A stretch of 62,397 nt of DNA, the filler included, from Diploschistes diacapsis (Eukaryota), in assembly GCA_023645945.1 (NCBI GenBank). It is 6 parts of 6 records of this genome, joined end to end, with 100 filler letters (N's around TTAATTAATTAA, not from the genome) between each part and the next. Parts side by side here need not be neighbours in the genome. Positions count along the whole stretch, not along the records: positions 55,889 to 62,397 come from JALAIB010001380.1; 5 more parts are not named here. One strand, given 5' to 3'. A program made the position numbers and the translations under genes. Positions 61,149-62,397 of the stretch are shown here, one piece after another (the first letter of the stretch is position 1; each line of letters opens with the position of its first letter). The notes beneath the pieces were generated by a model. It did not search any database, was not told where the DNA came from, and saw nothing but the letters and a program-made list of their open reading frames with translations.

Positions 61149-62341
61149 TAGGCTCCATTACCGAACTGGTGTCTGTATGACAACACAGGGCAGCTTACTC
61201 TTTTTTAGGCCTTTGTTATAACAGTCGAGTAACCTACAGTTTCATCATGTGTTGTCGCAAGCCTATGCTTCATGATGATGATTTATGATTTAAAAAGCGT
61301 TCACAGGTGATTATTCGCGATAGTGGCTGATAGGGAAGTTTTTATTCCCTCTTAGGGTAAATTAATCATGACTTGACCGGGTTGTTTTAGTGTTTATCTC
61401 GCCGGTAGATCCCGGTTGGGATTTTGATCATTTAAACAAGGAACTCGGCCACCTCATATTGCAATTTTTATTATTTTTCAATTTATTGGATTATTTGTTT
61501 GTCACTAGTTGCGCAGCTCCAGACCACATTAAACAAAAAATTAAAAAATATATTGTAAAAACACATATCCGTCCGAGGACATGTTTATATGAAATGTTTA
61601 TGGTTTGATCGATAGTCAATTTTACTGTCTTGATGTTGAAAGTGGTGGAAGTCCTAATAGATAACCGATGACTAATAGTGTATTCTGCAGCTAGTCCTAA
61701 CTAGGAAATATTCCTAGCCTGCCTAGCCTGGTAGCTGACTATTGTTCAATGATTATATTGAAGAGGTTGGAGGTTTTTTAAATAAGAACGATGGAGGGTG
61801 AGAGGCCTTTTATTGGCACATTTCACGCTAGTGTGATTAGTAATAATTTAATCTAGAATGTTTTTTATCCTTCTAAATCATTTTATGCATTAGTAAGCCG
61901 AATATTCAAACATGCTAGAAAGCTTAGTAAACAATCTGACTAACCTATTTAGGTTAGTATTCTGACACTTGATATTCTAATAAACTCTAAACATAATATC
62001 ACATAACATTTATTTGTATCTTTTATTTCTTTAATATCTGTTAGGAAACCTTTATCTTTGCTAACTTTTGTATTCAATATAATAATGTTAAAAGGTGGAA
62101 CTGGGTGTTATGATCCAAGGTTCCTACCATGGCACGTTCAAGCCGTTTATTGTATCTAGTTATGTCCGCCGGTGATCAACCGTGTAACAGATACCTGTGG
62201 CAGTCCTCCGGACAAGCGGGGGATCTCAGCCCTAGTGCCGCGCCAAGGCCGCAGGCCCACATAAGAGGAGTTTTCAGGAGAAGTCTTTTATTTTAGTTTC
62301 CAGAACTTAGTTTATCATTATAATTATTACATTATTATATA

Positions 62342-62397
62342 ACGTATATGTATAGCGAGCGGACACTCATAGCGAGCGGACACCCTTCTCGATTCGT
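62342..62397 (+). mobile_element. Left TIR of a pogo/Fot1-family element (window end)
   Basis: TA|ACGTATATGT followed by the direct repeat ATAGCGAGCGGACAC x2, the usual ACGT-plus-twin-repeat layout of fungal pogo-like TIRs. Preceded by AT-rich DNA. Confidence 0.6.

Noticed and set aside
62100..62300. Possible solo LTR (TGT-starting GC-richer patch in AT-rich DNA)
   Set aside because: No matching end, target-site duplication or second copy could be identified.

Overview
Intron-rich filamentous ascomycete (Pezizomycotina) genomic DNA. It is not one locus: six contigs (1-6566, 6667-13209, 13310-19829, 19930-26440, 26541-55788, 55889-62397) are joined by artificial 100-nt N44-TTAATTAATTAA-N44 spacers, so gene neighbourhood only means something within a contig. 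Contig 1: RIP-degraded pogo/Fot1-like transposon ends and two tandem MITEs, a Bor1-like boron/bicarbonate transporter, Ku70. Contig 2: a CYP52-clan P450 and a secreted protein with an uncharacterised N-terminal domain fused to CBM20. Contig 3: partial mitochondrial uL5, a USP deubiquitinase, a LaeA-like methyltransferase. Contig 4: Ubc8, a PTH11-like receptor, a truncated Git1-like MFS transporter. Contig 5: a truncated putative-cyclase fragment, a HeLo-like/NACHT/ankyrin fungal NLR, Pmp1/Msg5-like MAPK phosphatase, TBC RabGAP, a conserved hypothetical protein, eL34, Yippee, a Zn-dependent dehydrogenase, an Rnc1/Hek2-like KH protein, PAS kinase. Contig 6: Chm7/CHMP7, Trs85 and a pogo-like TIR. 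Best leads: an apparent 1-nt exon (plus 3-nt and 8-nt microexons) needed to build Ubc8; the unknown-domain/CBM20 secreted protein; the NLR with a near-identical ankyrin array that varies at fixed positions, set in an accessory island; and a cyclase gene fragment missed by the ORF track. All calls come from reading the sequence and recalling family motifs. No searches were run.
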